From a virus (lineage: Duplodnaviria > Caudoviricetes), in IMG/VR virus record IMGVR_UViG_3300024229_000651: 64,000 nt of DNA; one strand, given 5' to 3'. The notes under the pieces are model-generated. The model was not told the DNA's origin. It did not search any database and saw nothing but the letters and a program-made list of their open reading frames with translations. A program made the translations under genes and the position numbers. Shown piece by piece: positions 30,335 to 40,492 of the stretch. The stretch's first letter is position 1. Each line of letters opens with the position of its first letter.

Positions 30335-30655
30335 ATGAATTTTGAAAACGTAGCAACAACACTGCAAGAAAATTTTAATCCTGAGATAGCAGCCGACATA
30401 AACATTGATATCAATGTTACTGTACTAGGCGCATCAGATGGAAAATTTTCTGTTAGTGTGCACACGGGTGCATGCGAAATAAAACAAGGTCACTTGGAAA
30501 AATCTGACATCATAGTTGGTTTTACAGACAATGAAACTATGCTTGAAATGTTCACGCAAGGTGTAAACCCTATGGGATTAGTTATGGGTGGAAAGATGAC
30601 AATCAATGGTGATTTAAAAAAGGGCAGAGAAATCAAAGGACTCTTTGTAAAATAA
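30335..30655 (+). CDS. SCP2 sterol/lipid-binding domain protein
   Basis: F.V.V..G.CEI..G....D...........M...G.NPM..VM.GKM.I.GD pattern of SCP2 domains; 106 aa. Confidence 0.75.
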   Translation: MNFENVATTLQENFNPEIAADINIDINVTVLGASDGKFSVSVHTGACEIKQGHLEKSDIIVGFTDNETMLEMFTQGVNPMGLVMGGKMTINGDLKKGREIKGLFVK

Positions 30656-30687
30656 ACAGATCTTAGACAACAAACACAGGAAAAAAT

Positions 30688-31788
30688 ATGATATATGAAT
30701 TCACTAGTGAAAGTGTAAGTGAAGGCCATCCAGATAAAATAGCAGATTTAATATCAGACAGAGTCGCTACATATCTGCTAGATGGCAACTTATCTCACAG
30801 AGCAGCAATTGAGACTCTGGTCACAACTAACATGGTAACAATAGCCGGCGAATACAAAAGCGATAAGTTCAATAAGATGGCGATTGAACGTATTGTGCGT
30901 GATACAGTGAAAGAGATTGGATACGAACAAGACGGGTTCCACTGGGCGACACTAAAAGTATACAATGAGTTACACGGACAATCTCCTGATATAGCTCTAG
31001 GCACAGATGACTTCGGAGCAGGCGATCAGGGCATTATGTTTGGATATGCATGCAATGAAACCCCTACGTATATGCCTAGTGCAATATATTACAGTCACGA
31101 GATACTAAAATATCTAGCTGATTCTAGACGTATAGGAAGCGACTGGCTTGGCCCCGATAGTAAAAGTCAAGTTACCTTAGAATACAGCAGTGTAGGTAAA
31201 CCGTTGAGAGTAAGCCGAGTTGTCTGCAGCAGTCAACACACAGACGAGTTTCCGTTAGATCATACTAGGGATGCAATAAAGCAATTAGTGGTTAAAGCAT
31301 TGATTGAGTGCAATGCACCAATTGACGATGATACAGAATATTTAATTAACCCTACAGGCAAATTTGTAATTGGAGGACCGGATGGAGATACTGGGCTTAC
31401 TGGACGTAAAATTATTGTCGATACTTATGGCGGGTATGCTCCACATGGCGGCGGTGCATTTAGCGGTAAGGACTGTACTAAAGTCGACAGATCAGCCGCA
31501 TATATGGCTCGCTACTTGGCAAAGAACATTGTAGCATCAGGAAAAGCAGACAACTGTACAGTACAACTCAGTTACGCTATTGGCGTCAAAGAACCAACTA
31601 GTGTATACGTTTATGCTGATGGAAAAGTTAGAGCAGATTTAGCAGAAGAGCTAAAACAACATGTTGATTTAACACCGTTAGGTATAATTAACAAGTTTAA
31701 TTTGTTCTCTATAGATCTTAGCCGTACAACAAACTACGGGCACTTCGGTAAAAAATCTTTACCGTGGGAAAGCGAAGATTTGTACTAA
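30688..31788 (+). CDS. metK: S-adenosylmethionine synthetase (methionine adenosyltransferase)
   Basis: FTSESVSEGHPDK, GAGDQG, GGP.GD.GLTGRKIIVDTYGG, GGGAFSGKD.TKVDRSAAYMAR and YGHFG. Confidence 0.97.
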   Translation: MIYEFTSESVSEGHPDKIADLISDRVATYLLDGNLSHRAAIETLVTTNMVTIAGEYKSDKFNKMAIERIVRDTVKEIGYEQDGFHWATLKVYNELHGQSPDIALGTDDFGAGDQGIMFGYACNETPTYMPSAIYYSHEILKYLADSRRIGSDWLGPDSKSQVTLEYSSVGKPLRVSRVVCSSQHTDEFPLDHTRDAIKQLVVKALIECNAPIDDDTEYLINPTGKFVIGGPDGDTGLTGRKIIVDTYGGYAPHGGGAFSGKDCTKVDRSAAYMARYLAKNIVASGKADNCTVQLSYAIGVKEPTSVYVYADGKVRADLAEELKQHVDLTPLGIINKFNLFSIDLSRTTNYGHFGKKSLPWESEDLY

Positions 31789-31804
31789 GCCGTAACAAAA
31801 CAGA

Positions 31805-31811
31805 GTAAATA
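31805..31811 (+). promoter_or_regulatory. Putative late-promoter core RTAAATA (GTAAATA)
   Basis: Intergenic, 5 nt before ATG 31817. Confidence 0.45.
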
Positions 31812-31816
31812 CTGGT

Positions 31817-32410
31817 ATGCATATAAAACGTGTAGCAATAACGGGTCACACAAGAGGTATAGGAAAAGCCTTGTGGGATCGACTAGAAGAGCGTGGCTTG
31901 GAACTTAGAGGCTACAGTAAATCGAATGGATATAACTTACAGCGTGTAAGCACATGCAAAAAAGTTGTACAAGATGTTGTTGACTGGAATGCAGATGTTT
32001 TTATAAATAATGCATATGTACCAGATAACCAAGTTCGGTTGCTGTATTTGCTTTATGAACAGTGGGAACACAAGCCTAGACTTGTAGTTAACTGTGGTGC
32101 AACGAGCAGCGATAGTATAACAAACTTTAGTCAAATGGGTTACAATGAAAATTGGACACCATACGTAAGTGATAAGGCAAGATTAGATTGGGCCAGTTTG
32201 CAACTAGCGAATATGTTCAAACAGGGAAAGTGTAGAGTCAGTCTAATAAAGCCTGGGTTTGTTGACACTGATAGCACAGCAGTGTTCAAAGACTTTGCTG
32301 AGGATTACATGATGACAGCTGACAGCGTAGCTGAACAGCTTGAATGGTTGATTGATCTTCCTAAACATGTACAAGTAAGAAATTTAAGTTTTGATGTGGG
32401 AAATTTTTAA
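31817..32410 (+). CDS. Short-chain dehydrogenase/reductase (SDR) family protein
   Basis: AITGHTRGIG Rossmann motif, FINNA, Y...K (YVSDK) and I.PG.VDT. Confidence 0.85.
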   Translation: MHIKRVAITGHTRGIGKALWDRLEERGLELRGYSKSNGYNLQRVSTCKKVVQDVVDWNADVFINNAYVPDNQVRLLYLLYEQWEHKPRLVVNCGATSSDSITNFSQMGYNENWTPYVSDKARLDWASLQLANMFKQGKCRVSLIKPGFVDTDSTAVFKDFAEDYMMTADSVAEQLEWLIDLPKHVQVRNLSFDVGNF

Positions 32411-34089
32411 TGGTTAGAAAAGTAGACGAAAGTCATAGAGAATTTAAAGCAAGAATGATCGACCCTGTGTCGGAATCGTTCTGTGGCGCTAAATGGTACA
32501 ATGCTACTATATGGTTAGGACACGGCGGAACTACAAGTTGCCATCACCCACCGGCGCATCAAATTGATTTAGAAGACATCAAAGAAAATCCTAGTGCTAT
32601 TCATAACAGTAGACACAAAAAGAAAATGCGTCAAATGATGCAGGAAGGTACTAGGCCTAAAGAATGTGAGTACTGTTGGAAGATAGAAGACATGGGCCAA
32701 GACGCAGATGGCAACGAGCCTGTGTCTGATAGAGTATATAAAACAGTTATATATGAGGATAGGGATTTAGAGCATATTGCAGTATTAGATCCTAATGCTG
32801 ATGTTAATCTAAAGACATGCGAAGTAGCATTTGACCGAACATGCCAGTTAGCATGTAGTTACTGTAATCCAGCATTTAGCAGCACATGGGTTAAGGATAT
32901 CAGAACTAATGGCGGCTACCAAGGCATTAAGAGTGATGCTAGAGGACACTTCATAGACGATGCACCATATGCAGAGCCTTTTGATCAAGGAGAGGACAAT
33001 CCTTATGTGGATGCATTTTGGCGTTGGTGGCCCGAACTAAGCAAAGAGCTAGAAGAGATCAGAGTTACTGGTGGCGAGCCATTGATGACTCCTAGCATAT
33101 ACAAACTGTTCGACTGGTTCAAGGAAACAGATGAGCCGAATGCAGAGAACATGCGATTAGCTATTAATAGTAACTTAATGGCTAAGCCGGGGTTGTTGGA
33201 TAAGTTTATCGATGCGACTCAACACATAAATCATTTCCATGTATACACAAGTTGCGAGGCGTTCGGAGCTCAAGCTGAGTATATTAGGGATGGATTAGAT
33301 TGGGAAATATGGACTAGCCAATTCGAGCGTTTTGCTACAGAAGCAAGATACGAAGGTGTACACATGATGATGACTATCAATGCATTATGCTTAGATACTA
33401 TAACACAATTTTTAGATTGGACATTAAGTATGAAGCGTAAATACGGACATCATGTGCCCGGTATTAGTGTAAATATTTTACGTTTTCCCAGCTTCCAAAG
33501 CCCACTTACACTGCCAGACGACTTGCGTAAAATGTATCATGACGAACTTAGTGAATGGCTAGACGAAGTACGCAGTAAAGGTGAAAGAGACATGCATGGT
33601 GTAGAATTGCTCCAGGCATGGGAACAAGATCAAATTAGCAGATTAATAGAATACTTAGACGTTGTAAAAACTCCTCACAGAAATACAGCAGAGCAACACT
33701 TACTGCATCATGACTTCAAGGTGTTTTATGAACAGTACGACTCTCGACGTGGATTTGATTTTAGAAAAACATTCCCTAGATTAGCAAACTGGTACGACGG
33801 TGTCACTGTGTTAGACATAAGCGATGACCATGACATACAGGCTCCTGATAGCGTAGGCGTAACCAATACAATGTACGCTAAACGTATTGTAACAGAAGAC
33901 GGCGAAGTCAAAGTTGTAGAAATGAAAGTGCGTGGAAGACAAACTGGCGAGAGCCAAGATGACTACGACGATGACAAGTATGCTGATGAGATACAAGGAG
34001 TTAATCCTAATATTAAAAAACGGGCAGGTAGTAGCATCGGCTGGGATCCTGAGACTGACGGTCTCGGTGGAGTAGCTGTTGACGAATAA
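32410..34089 (+). CDS. Radical SAM enzyme #2 (paralogue of #1) with acidic C-terminal extension
   Basis: CQLACSYC, TGGEP and N-terminal CGAKW...SCHH...CEYCW. TAATG coupling at both ends. Confidence 0.9.
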   Translation: MVRKVDESHREFKARMIDPVSESFCGAKWYNATIWLGHGGTTSCHHPPAHQIDLEDIKENPSAIHNSRHKKKMRQMMQEGTRPKECEYCWKIEDMGQDADGNEPVSDRVYKTVIYEDRDLEHIAVLDPNADVNLKTCEVAFDRTCQLACSYCNPAFSSTWVKDIRTNGGYQGIKSDARGHFIDDAPYAEPFDQGEDNPYVDAFWRWWPELSKELEEIRVTGGEPLMTPSIYKLFDWFKETDEPNAENMRLAINSNLMAKPGLLDKFIDATQHINHFHVYTSCEAFGAQAEYIRDGLDWEIWTSQFERFATEARYEGVHMMMTINALCLDTITQFLDWTLSMKRKYGHHVPGISVNILRFPSFQSPLTLPDDLRKMYHDELSEWLDEVRSKGERDMHGVELLQAWEQDQISRLIEYLDVVKTPHRNTAEQHLLHHDFKVFYEQYDSRRGFDFRKTFPRLANWYDGVTVLDISDDHDIQAPDSVGVTNTMYAKRIVTEDGEVKVVEMKVRGRQTGESQDDYDDDKYADEIQGVNPNIKKRAGSSIGWDPETDGLGGVAVDE

Positions 34090-35039
34090 TGTACTATCAT
34101 ATATATTTGAGTGATCGACAAACTGGTTCCGTTGATCATAACGGAACTAATACTATACTAGGGAATGATACTAAGACAAGCAATGTAAAACTGACATGGA
34201 AGCTCTTAGAAAACGATACTGCAAAAGATTTTGCTAACATAACAAAATTAGTGTCTAATTCTACATCTAGAGTATTAGATTGGAATCATTATCATACAGG
34301 CGGCAGTCAGACTTTACCTACATTAGTAGATCAGCTCAATATTGATATAGATTCTTATCCGTTGCATGAAGATTTTAAAATTAATTTATTGTCTAGCAAA
34401 GAAGACCTGTACGATAAAACAAATAAAATTCATTATGCATTTGAAAAACTATTAGTAGAATCCGACCCCACCGCTCTCCAAAAAGAAATTTTAGAAAGAT
34501 TAAACAAGTTAGTGCACGAAATAGAGCATAATATAAGTAACTATTTCGACAATACATCTGACGATGAGCATTTTATTGTGTGTCGACACACATGTGATCA
34601 ATCGTCGACAATGTATAAAAAATTAACTGACGACGATTATAATAGATTTAAATTTCAAAATGAAACAGGAGACTTGTTCCTAGATTTTTTCACAGTGGGC
34701 AAAGATTTGGGGCATGCATTTATGTCCAACGATTTAGATCTAGTCAAAAATAAAGAAATTAAACAGCAAGAGTATATCACCGCAAGTGTGCAAATAAGCG
34801 TACTCAACGAAGATAGCCTTGGTACATACAACCCTGAAATAGAAAATCAACAACAACTTCTCTTTGAAGACTGGTGTACTAAAAATAATGTAGAGTCTTA
34901 CGGGTATAACTATAAAGAACCTAAATATAATTTAGGACGATGTCAGTTGGGCAGTCTTGTAAACGAAACTTATGATAGTTTTAGAAGCAAGCTGCATAGG
35001 TACCCTTATATAACTAATGTCGAACTGACTGAAACATAA
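34089..35039 (+). CDS. Hypothetical protein (316 aa)
   Basis: TAATG coupling; long ORF with no recognised motif. Confidence 0.75.
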   Translation: MYYHIYLSDRQTGSVDHNGTNTILGNDTKTSNVKLTWKLLENDTAKDFANITKLVSNSTSRVLDWNHYHTGGSQTLPTLVDQLNIDIDSYPLHEDFKINLLSSKEDLYDKTNKIHYAFEKLLVESDPTALQKEILERLNKLVHEIEHNISNYFDNTSDDEHFIVCRHTCDQSSTMYKKLTDDDYNRFKFQNETGDLFLDFFTVGKDLGHAFMSNDLDLVKNKEIKQQEYITASVQISVLNEDSLGTYNPEIENQQQLLFEDWCTKNNVESYGYNYKEPKYNLGRCQLGSLVNETYDSFRSKLHRYPYITNVELTET

Positions 35040-35042
35040 ATA
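35036..35042 (+). promoter_or_regulatory. Putative late-promoter core RTAAATA (ATAAATA)
   Basis: Overlaps the stop of the 34089 gene and precedes GGAG RBS and ATG 35070. Weaker evidence because it includes the TAA. Confidence 0.3.
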
Positions 35043-35069
35043 ATTTATAAAGCGCATTACGGAGAAACA

Positions 35070-36476
35070 ATGTCTAACAAAATAAAACCTATATGGGAGC
35101 ATGGTGCAGTCAGTGTAGACTCACCGAATAAAGTTTTTTGTACAGCGCCTTGGACACATACTTATATAAGTCCACAAAGCGAAAGGCGCATGTGCTGCGC
35201 TAGTAGGGAAGAACACCAATTCCAAAAGCAATATATTGATGCTAGTAATGACGAGCGAACAGGTAAATTCAAAGAGTCAGGCACAATTGACGATTATAAA
35301 CCAGTTAGTTTAAAAGAACACTGGAATAGTCCTTACATGATGGATATACGAAAGAAACTAATGGCCGGCGAAGCTATACCCCAGTGTGATGTTTGCAACA
35401 ATAGCGTACTGAGTCAAAGCACATATAGACAATGGTTTACTGGATTTCTATTTCAAAATAAAATAGATCAGTGTTTCGACGAAACAAATGATGACGGATA
35501 TACAACTATGGACCCTATCAGTTTTGATTATAGGGTTAGCAATCTGTGTAACTTTAAGTGTCGTATGTGCGGCGAACAACTTAGTTCAGCGTGGGAAACA
35601 GAGAAGAGACAAAATGATCATTGGACTCCTGAGAGCCAGCCTTTCATGGTTCCAGAGAATAAAGAAATAATACAGAAGTTTCAAAAGGATGTAGTAGAGG
35701 AAGAATTTTGGGAAGCGATTAAGTCGGGCACTGTAGAAGAAATATACTGGGTCGGCGGCGAGCCATTGATGTACGATATACATTGGAAAAGCATGGCTAG
35801 GCTCGCTGAAGATGACACATTAAAACTTGTACATTTACGTTATAACAGTAATTTAAGCAGAGTAAGATTTGGTAAACATTATCTGTACGATTGGTTGCCA
35901 CAAGCAAAAGACTGGACTATGTGTGCAAGTATAGACGCTATCGGCAAGATAGGAGAACATATACGCACAGGACTAGACTGGGAGCAATGGGATAAAAACT
36001 TTAGAGAAGGGGTAGCACTACCCGGTGGCAACAACAAGATGCTATTAGACTTAACACTAACCGGTCCCGGATTATTTGGACTTCGAGACTACGTTAATTA
36101 CGCACTAGAGCTTGACGTTAAGATAGAAACTAAAAAAATGTTTGCATTCCATCCGGATATTGTGTTCAGCATGATGTCCTGGCCAAAACATATATTACAT
36201 AGGATAGTTAACAAGTTACTAGATGACTTGCGTCCTATTGTAACAGAAAAACAACAGACTGTGATACGAGAACTAGAAAGTATGCTACAGATGGAAACGT
36301 TTCAAGAGTCTTTCCCAGATATAGCAGAACAGCAATTCTTTAATGGCAGACAGTGGCAACGCACTATAGCAGGTATCAGAAATGACGGCGAGCAAGGCGA
36401 AGCAATAACTGTAGAAGAAATATACTCTGCTGATAAGGAGTTATACGAATGGTATACCAGGGAGGAACATTCGTGA
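35070..36476 (+). CDS. Radical SAM enzyme #3
   Basis: CNFKCRMC, VGGEP and N-terminal CTAPW...MCC...CDVC. Confidence 0.9.
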   Translation: MSNKIKPIWEHGAVSVDSPNKVFCTAPWTHTYISPQSERRMCCASREEHQFQKQYIDASNDERTGKFKESGTIDDYKPVSLKEHWNSPYMMDIRKKLMAGEAIPQCDVCNNSVLSQSTYRQWFTGFLFQNKIDQCFDETNDDGYTTMDPISFDYRVSNLCNFKCRMCGEQLSSAWETEKRQNDHWTPESQPFMVPENKEIIQKFQKDVVEEEFWEAIKSGTVEEIYWVGGEPLMYDIHWKSMARLAEDDTLKLVHLRYNSNLSRVRFGKHYLYDWLPQAKDWTMCASIDAIGKIGEHIRTGLDWEQWDKNFREGVALPGGNNKMLLDLTLTGPGLFGLRDYVNYALELDVKIETKKMFAFHPDIVFSMMSWPKHILHRIVNKLLDDLRPIVTEKQQTVIRELESMLQMETFQESFPDIAEQQFFNGRQWQRTIAGIRNDGEQGEAITVEEIYSADKELYEWYTREEHS

Positions 36477-37786
36477 ATGTAACAGCTCCTGACGGTTCCC
36501 ACTCACACTATCCGGTACACAGCCTCCCAGACCAATTTCTGTATAAGGCATCACAGACCGGGCATGTTGCTGTAGAACTACGTACAGAAACAAATGTAGA
36601 TCAATTTGTTTTAGTGCCCCACACAGGATTATTGAGAGCTATGTTAAACACATTCTCGGAAACTCCCCTGGTTCTCTCTTACAACAACTTTGAAGACATG
36701 GAAGAAGCCCTTGATAATCTACTTGATAATCCTCTCTGGGAGAACACAACTAAGATTAGAATAGTATTTGGATTGCCTGTTGTGTCCAGTGGGGATAACA
36801 ATCATTCAACGTTGAAATTAATTGTTAATAACATGATAACTTCTAGACATAAAAGCATATTACAGATAGGCTTTGTACAGGGTTGGGATATGTATAACAA
36901 TGATGTCAACTTTGCAAATGCTTACAAAGACACATTGGCTGAATTGTCTCCGGACGATTGTTACTTTTATTTGTGCAATACAGAATCATTACAGCAATTT
37001 CAAAAAGCAATACCAAGGAGCCACTGTGAATACTATTCTATATATCCTAGTAGAATAAACATTCTGCAAGTAGCGGAAACCCACCCTAAGTTCTTTAATC
37101 AGAGTAATAGAAATATTAACAAACGCAGAACAAGAAAAACTATGTGTTTGAATAATTCAAATAAGAGCCACAGAGAGAAAATTGTAAACATATTAAATGA
37201 TTACAACACAAACGATCATTACGTAACAATGCGGGAGAAACAACTATATCTGAAACCAGAAAGGATTCTAGGTGCACAGCCAGGAGGGGTTCACAGTCAT
37301 AATTTCTTAGCTCTCCAACAGGATTGTCCGCCATTAAGGTATATGGTCGATACATATACATATATTGCTACAGAAACATATAATGACAAAGAGCAAATAT
37401 CAGGATTAGCATGGCAAATAGGAGAAGCAGCAGGACAGCATTGGGAAGAATTGTTGACAGTAGCCGACTTCAGTGGCTGGTGGACTGAAAAAACATTTAA
37501 AGCAATATATTATGAATTACCGTTTATGGTTGTAGGAGTGCCTGACACTCTAAAAGGATTAAAATCCTTGGGGTTCGAGACCTTTCCTGAATTATTTGAT
37601 GAACGTTACGATAGTCCGAATACTATAGAAGTCAGGGATGGTATATACGAACGTAATATAGAAAAGATTATGTCCATGAGCCACAGTGAATTACACGACA
37701 TGTATTATAGCGATGCTATACAAGAAAAACTTAAACACAATAAACAACTATTTTATGGCTTGATTGAAAACGACCCGTTCAACTAA
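36473..37786 (+). CDS. Glycosyltransferase-like protein (GT10/GT-B-like C-terminus)
   Basis: Likely GTG start at 36473 (GTGA overlap, RBS GGAGG at 36461). C-terminal YIATET...TEKTFKAI...PFMVVG...LGFETFPELFDE.YD resembles the GT10 donor-binding motif (FEN...Y.TEK...A...P...G). Confidence 0.5.
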   Translation: MNVTAPDGSHSHYPVHSLPDQFLYKASQTGHVAVELRTETNVDQFVLVPHTGLLRAMLNTFSETPLVLSYNNFEDMEEALDNLLDNPLWENTTKIRIVFGLPVVSSGDNNHSTLKLIVNNMITSRHKSILQIGFVQGWDMYNNDVNFANAYKDTLAELSPDDCYFYLCNTESLQQFQKAIPRSHCEYYSIYPSRINILQVAETHPKFFNQSNRNINKRRTRKTMCLNNSNKSHREKIVNILNDYNTNDHYVTMREKQLYLKPERILGAQPGGVHSHNFLALQQDCPPLRYMVDTYTYIATETYNDKEQISGLAWQIGEAAGQHWEELLTVADFSGWWTEKTFKAIYYELPFMVVGVPDTLKGLKSLGFETFPELFDERYDSPNTIEVRDGIYERNIEKIMSMSHSELHDMYYSDAIQEKLKHNKQLFYGLIENDPFN

Positions 37787-37801
37787 AATAGAGATATCTA
37801 T

Positions 37802-39127
37802 ATGGAACAAACTCGCCTAATAATATTACATGATGACTCCAATAACTTCTCTGTGCATTCACGTGAAAGTAATTCTAGTCTTTTGTTGCGCAACGATGAT
37901 CACCTTTACGTAAGAAATATAGGACACTCTGGGTATAAATTTTCCTTTAATATTATATCAGTAAACGATATTGACTCGTTAAAAAAAATAATGATTAATA
38001 ATACGACTGTTGAAAACACACCTTTTTATATTAATTACATAATGGATTTAGGATTTCGTACATTTCCCGAATTTGACTGCGGTAGTGATGACTTGCTTAA
38101 CCTCACCGAACAACTAAAAGATACTCCTGGTTTCGAACGTTTAAAATGGAGATTCTCAAACAGTTGGGATATATACGGGCACAGAGAGCAACAAAGATCA
38201 CAGTGGTTCTTGAAACAAATAGTACATATATCACAGCAAAACATTATAATGGATCTTGCGAATTTTGACGTTGTAGACTTTTATAAAACGCTATTACCAA
38301 ATTCGCAAGTAAACTTTCATACATGCTTTGATGTTAGATGGCTGAGTGAAAATCTCAGCAGCGAGCCGTACATCAATAATAATGAAAATAAAACTAAACA
38401 TTTTCTCTGTTTGAACAGACTGTGGAAACCCCATCGAACAGACATATGGCACTACATAAATGAGCAGTCCTTAATGGATAAATTTCATTACAGCTATATA
38501 ACAGCAGGGATCTTTTTAGAAGAAGAGACAGAGAAACTATCTGCAGAAATTGATGCAGCCGGCTATTATCTCCCCATGTCTACTCAAGATACCCCGCCAC
38601 GTAATATAATTAATAACTGCTATGCATTTTTAAATACAGAAACATTTTTTTATAAGTATGACATAGACGCCCCTAAGTGGGGAGAAGGTGCTGTAGCAGG
38701 TATTGATCCTCCAGAAGGCTGGTTGTCTGATACTATGTTTGATCATGCTTATATAACGGAAAAATCATTTAAATCTGCTTATTGCGAATTGCCTATGTTA
38801 GTAGTAGGACTTCCTAATACACTAACAACATGGAAGCGTATGGGATTCGAGTCCTTTCCTGAATTTTTCGACGAGTCATATGATTCGGAGAATGACGACA
38901 ACAAACGTATGCAAATGGTACAGGATGAAATAGAAAAATTTTGTAATACAGACATAAAGGATATACACACACTATATTACTCGGATGCTGTACAACAAAA
39001 GTTGAAGCGAAATAAAAACAACTTGTATAGGATGATCAGAGAAAACCGCTCGTGGGAATGGGCAAAATTTAAATATTCGAAAGGCGTGAATCCACAAGTG
39101 GATGAAGTTTTCAATTCTGAATTTTGA
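37802..39127 (+). CDS. Glycosyltransferase-like protein, paralogue of 36473-37786
   Basis: FLCLNR..K.HR, FLNTET, YITEKSFKSAY.ELP..VVG and GFESFPEFFDESYD. Confidence 0.5.
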   Translation: MEQTRLIILHDDSNNFSVHSRESNSSLLLRNDDHLYVRNIGHSGYKFSFNIISVNDIDSLKKIMINNTTVENTPFYINYIMDLGFRTFPEFDCGSDDLLNLTEQLKDTPGFERLKWRFSNSWDIYGHREQQRSQWFLKQIVHISQQNIIMDLANFDVVDFYKTLLPNSQVNFHTCFDVRWLSENLSSEPYINNNENKTKHFLCLNRLWKPHRTDIWHYINEQSLMDKFHYSYITAGIFLEEETEKLSAEIDAAGYYLPMSTQDTPPRNIINNCYAFLNTETFFYKYDIDAPKWGEGAVAGIDPPEGWLSDTMFDHAYITEKSFKSAYCELPMLVVGLPNTLTTWKRMGFESFPEFFDESYDSENDDNKRMQMVQDEIEKFCNTDIKDIHTLYYSDAVQQKLKRNKNNLYRMIRENRSWEWAKFKYSKGVNPQVDEVFNSEF

Positions 39128-39147
39128 ATACAAGGAAAAATAGAAGG

Positions 39148-39154
39148 ATAAATA
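39148..39154 (+). promoter_or_regulatory. Putative late-promoter core RTAAATA (ATAAATA)
   Basis: In the 70-nt intergenic gap upstream of AGGAGA RBS and ATG 39198/39201. Confidence 0.45.
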
Positions 39155-39197
39155 CAACGTAGATTACACTACAATACATACAAAAAATTAGGAGATA

Positions 39198-40490
39198 ATG
39201 ATGGCCTCAATCGGATTTATTGGCGTTGGTAAGTTAGGACAAGCCTGCGCTGAAATGGTCGCCGAGGTCCATGATGTTGTCGGGTATGATGTTAACCCAG
39301 TAGAGCCTGAAAACTTTACAATGGTTAATGAAATGGAAGATGCTGTAAAAGGACAAGACATTGTTTTTATTGCAGTACCTACTCCACATGACCCGCAGTA
39401 TGATGGAAAGGCACCTACCAGCCATTTACCAAATAAGGACTTTGATTATACAATAGTTAAAGACATTCTTAGTAAAGTAAATGCTGTCGCGACTCAAGAA
39501 CAATTAATAGTCCTTATATCAACAGTACTGCCTGGTACTGTAAGAAGAGAATTTGTTCCGTTAATAACAAATACGCGGTTTGTTTATAACCCCTATCTCA
39601 TTGCCATGGGCACTGTGAAGTGGGATATGGTAAACCCGGAAATGGTTATGATAGGAACAGAAGACGGAAGTGAAACTGGTGACGCTAAACAGTTACGTGA
39701 GTTTTACCAAACTATCATGCAAAATAATCCCAATTATATTATAGGTACATGGGATGAAGTCGAATGCATTAAAGTATTTTACAATACGTTTATTAGTGCC
39801 AAAGTCAGTCTAGTAAACATGATACAAGACGTTGCAGAAAAACAAGGTAACATAAACGCAGAAGTTGTTTGTGATGCGTTAGCTAATTCAGATAGACGCA
39901 TTATGGGACCTGGTTATATGAAGCCGGGTATGGGAGACGGAGGTGCTTGTCACCCACGTGATAACATTGCCTTACGTTGGATGGCTGAAGAACTTAACTT
40001 AGGTTATGACTTGTTTGATGCTGTAATGCTTAGTAGGGAAAAGCAAGCCGAGAATATGGCCAAACGATTGCTGGAGTTAGCCAGTGATCAACTGCCTATA
40101 ATTATTGTCGGTAAAGCATATAAACCGCTTGTCCCTTATGAAGCAGGATCGAGTAGTATGCTCGTTGGTCACTATATTGAAAATACCGATACAGCATTAT
40201 ATTACTACGACGAGCAGACAGGAGATATACCTCCGGCCGGTGTACTAGATTTGCCAGCTGTATATTTGTTAGCACATAATCCTAGTATTACATATGGTGA
40301 CCAATTAGACACAGTACCAAATTGGTATGGGGAACACACTACAACAGGCGAAGAGGCTAGTTTTATAACAACTGGTAACGGTTCTGAACTTAGTTTCGCT
40401 AAAGGCAGTGTTGTAGTAGACCCATGGCGTAAAACACCCGACCTTCCGGGGATACATGTTATACATTATGGTAATACCAGAGGCTGTTAA
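39198..40490 (+). CDS. UDP-glucose/GDP-mannose dehydrogenase family protein
   Basis: IGFIGVGKLG, FIAVPTP, STVLPGT, E..K...N.F...K.S..N and catalytic G.G.GGAC.P(R)D. Confidence 0.92.
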   Translation: MMASIGFIGVGKLGQACAEMVAEVHDVVGYDVNPVEPENFTMVNEMEDAVKGQDIVFIAVPTPHDPQYDGKAPTSHLPNKDFDYTIVKDILSKVNAVATQEQLIVLISTVLPGTVRREFVPLITNTRFVYNPYLIAMGTVKWDMVNPEMVMIGTEDGSETGDAKQLREFYQTIMQNNPNYIIGTWDEVECIKVFYNTFISAKVSLVNMIQDVAEKQGNINAEVVCDALANSDRRIMGPGYMKPGMGDGGACHPRDNIALRWMAEELNLGYDLFDAVMLSREKQAENMAKRLLELASDQLPIIIVGKAYKPLVPYEAGSSSMLVGHYIENTDTALYYYDEQTGDIPPAGVLDLPAVYLLAHNPSITYGDQLDTVPNWYGEHTTTGEEASFITTGNGSELSFAKGSVVVDPWRKTPDLPGIHVIHYGNTRGC

Positions 40491-40492
40491 CT

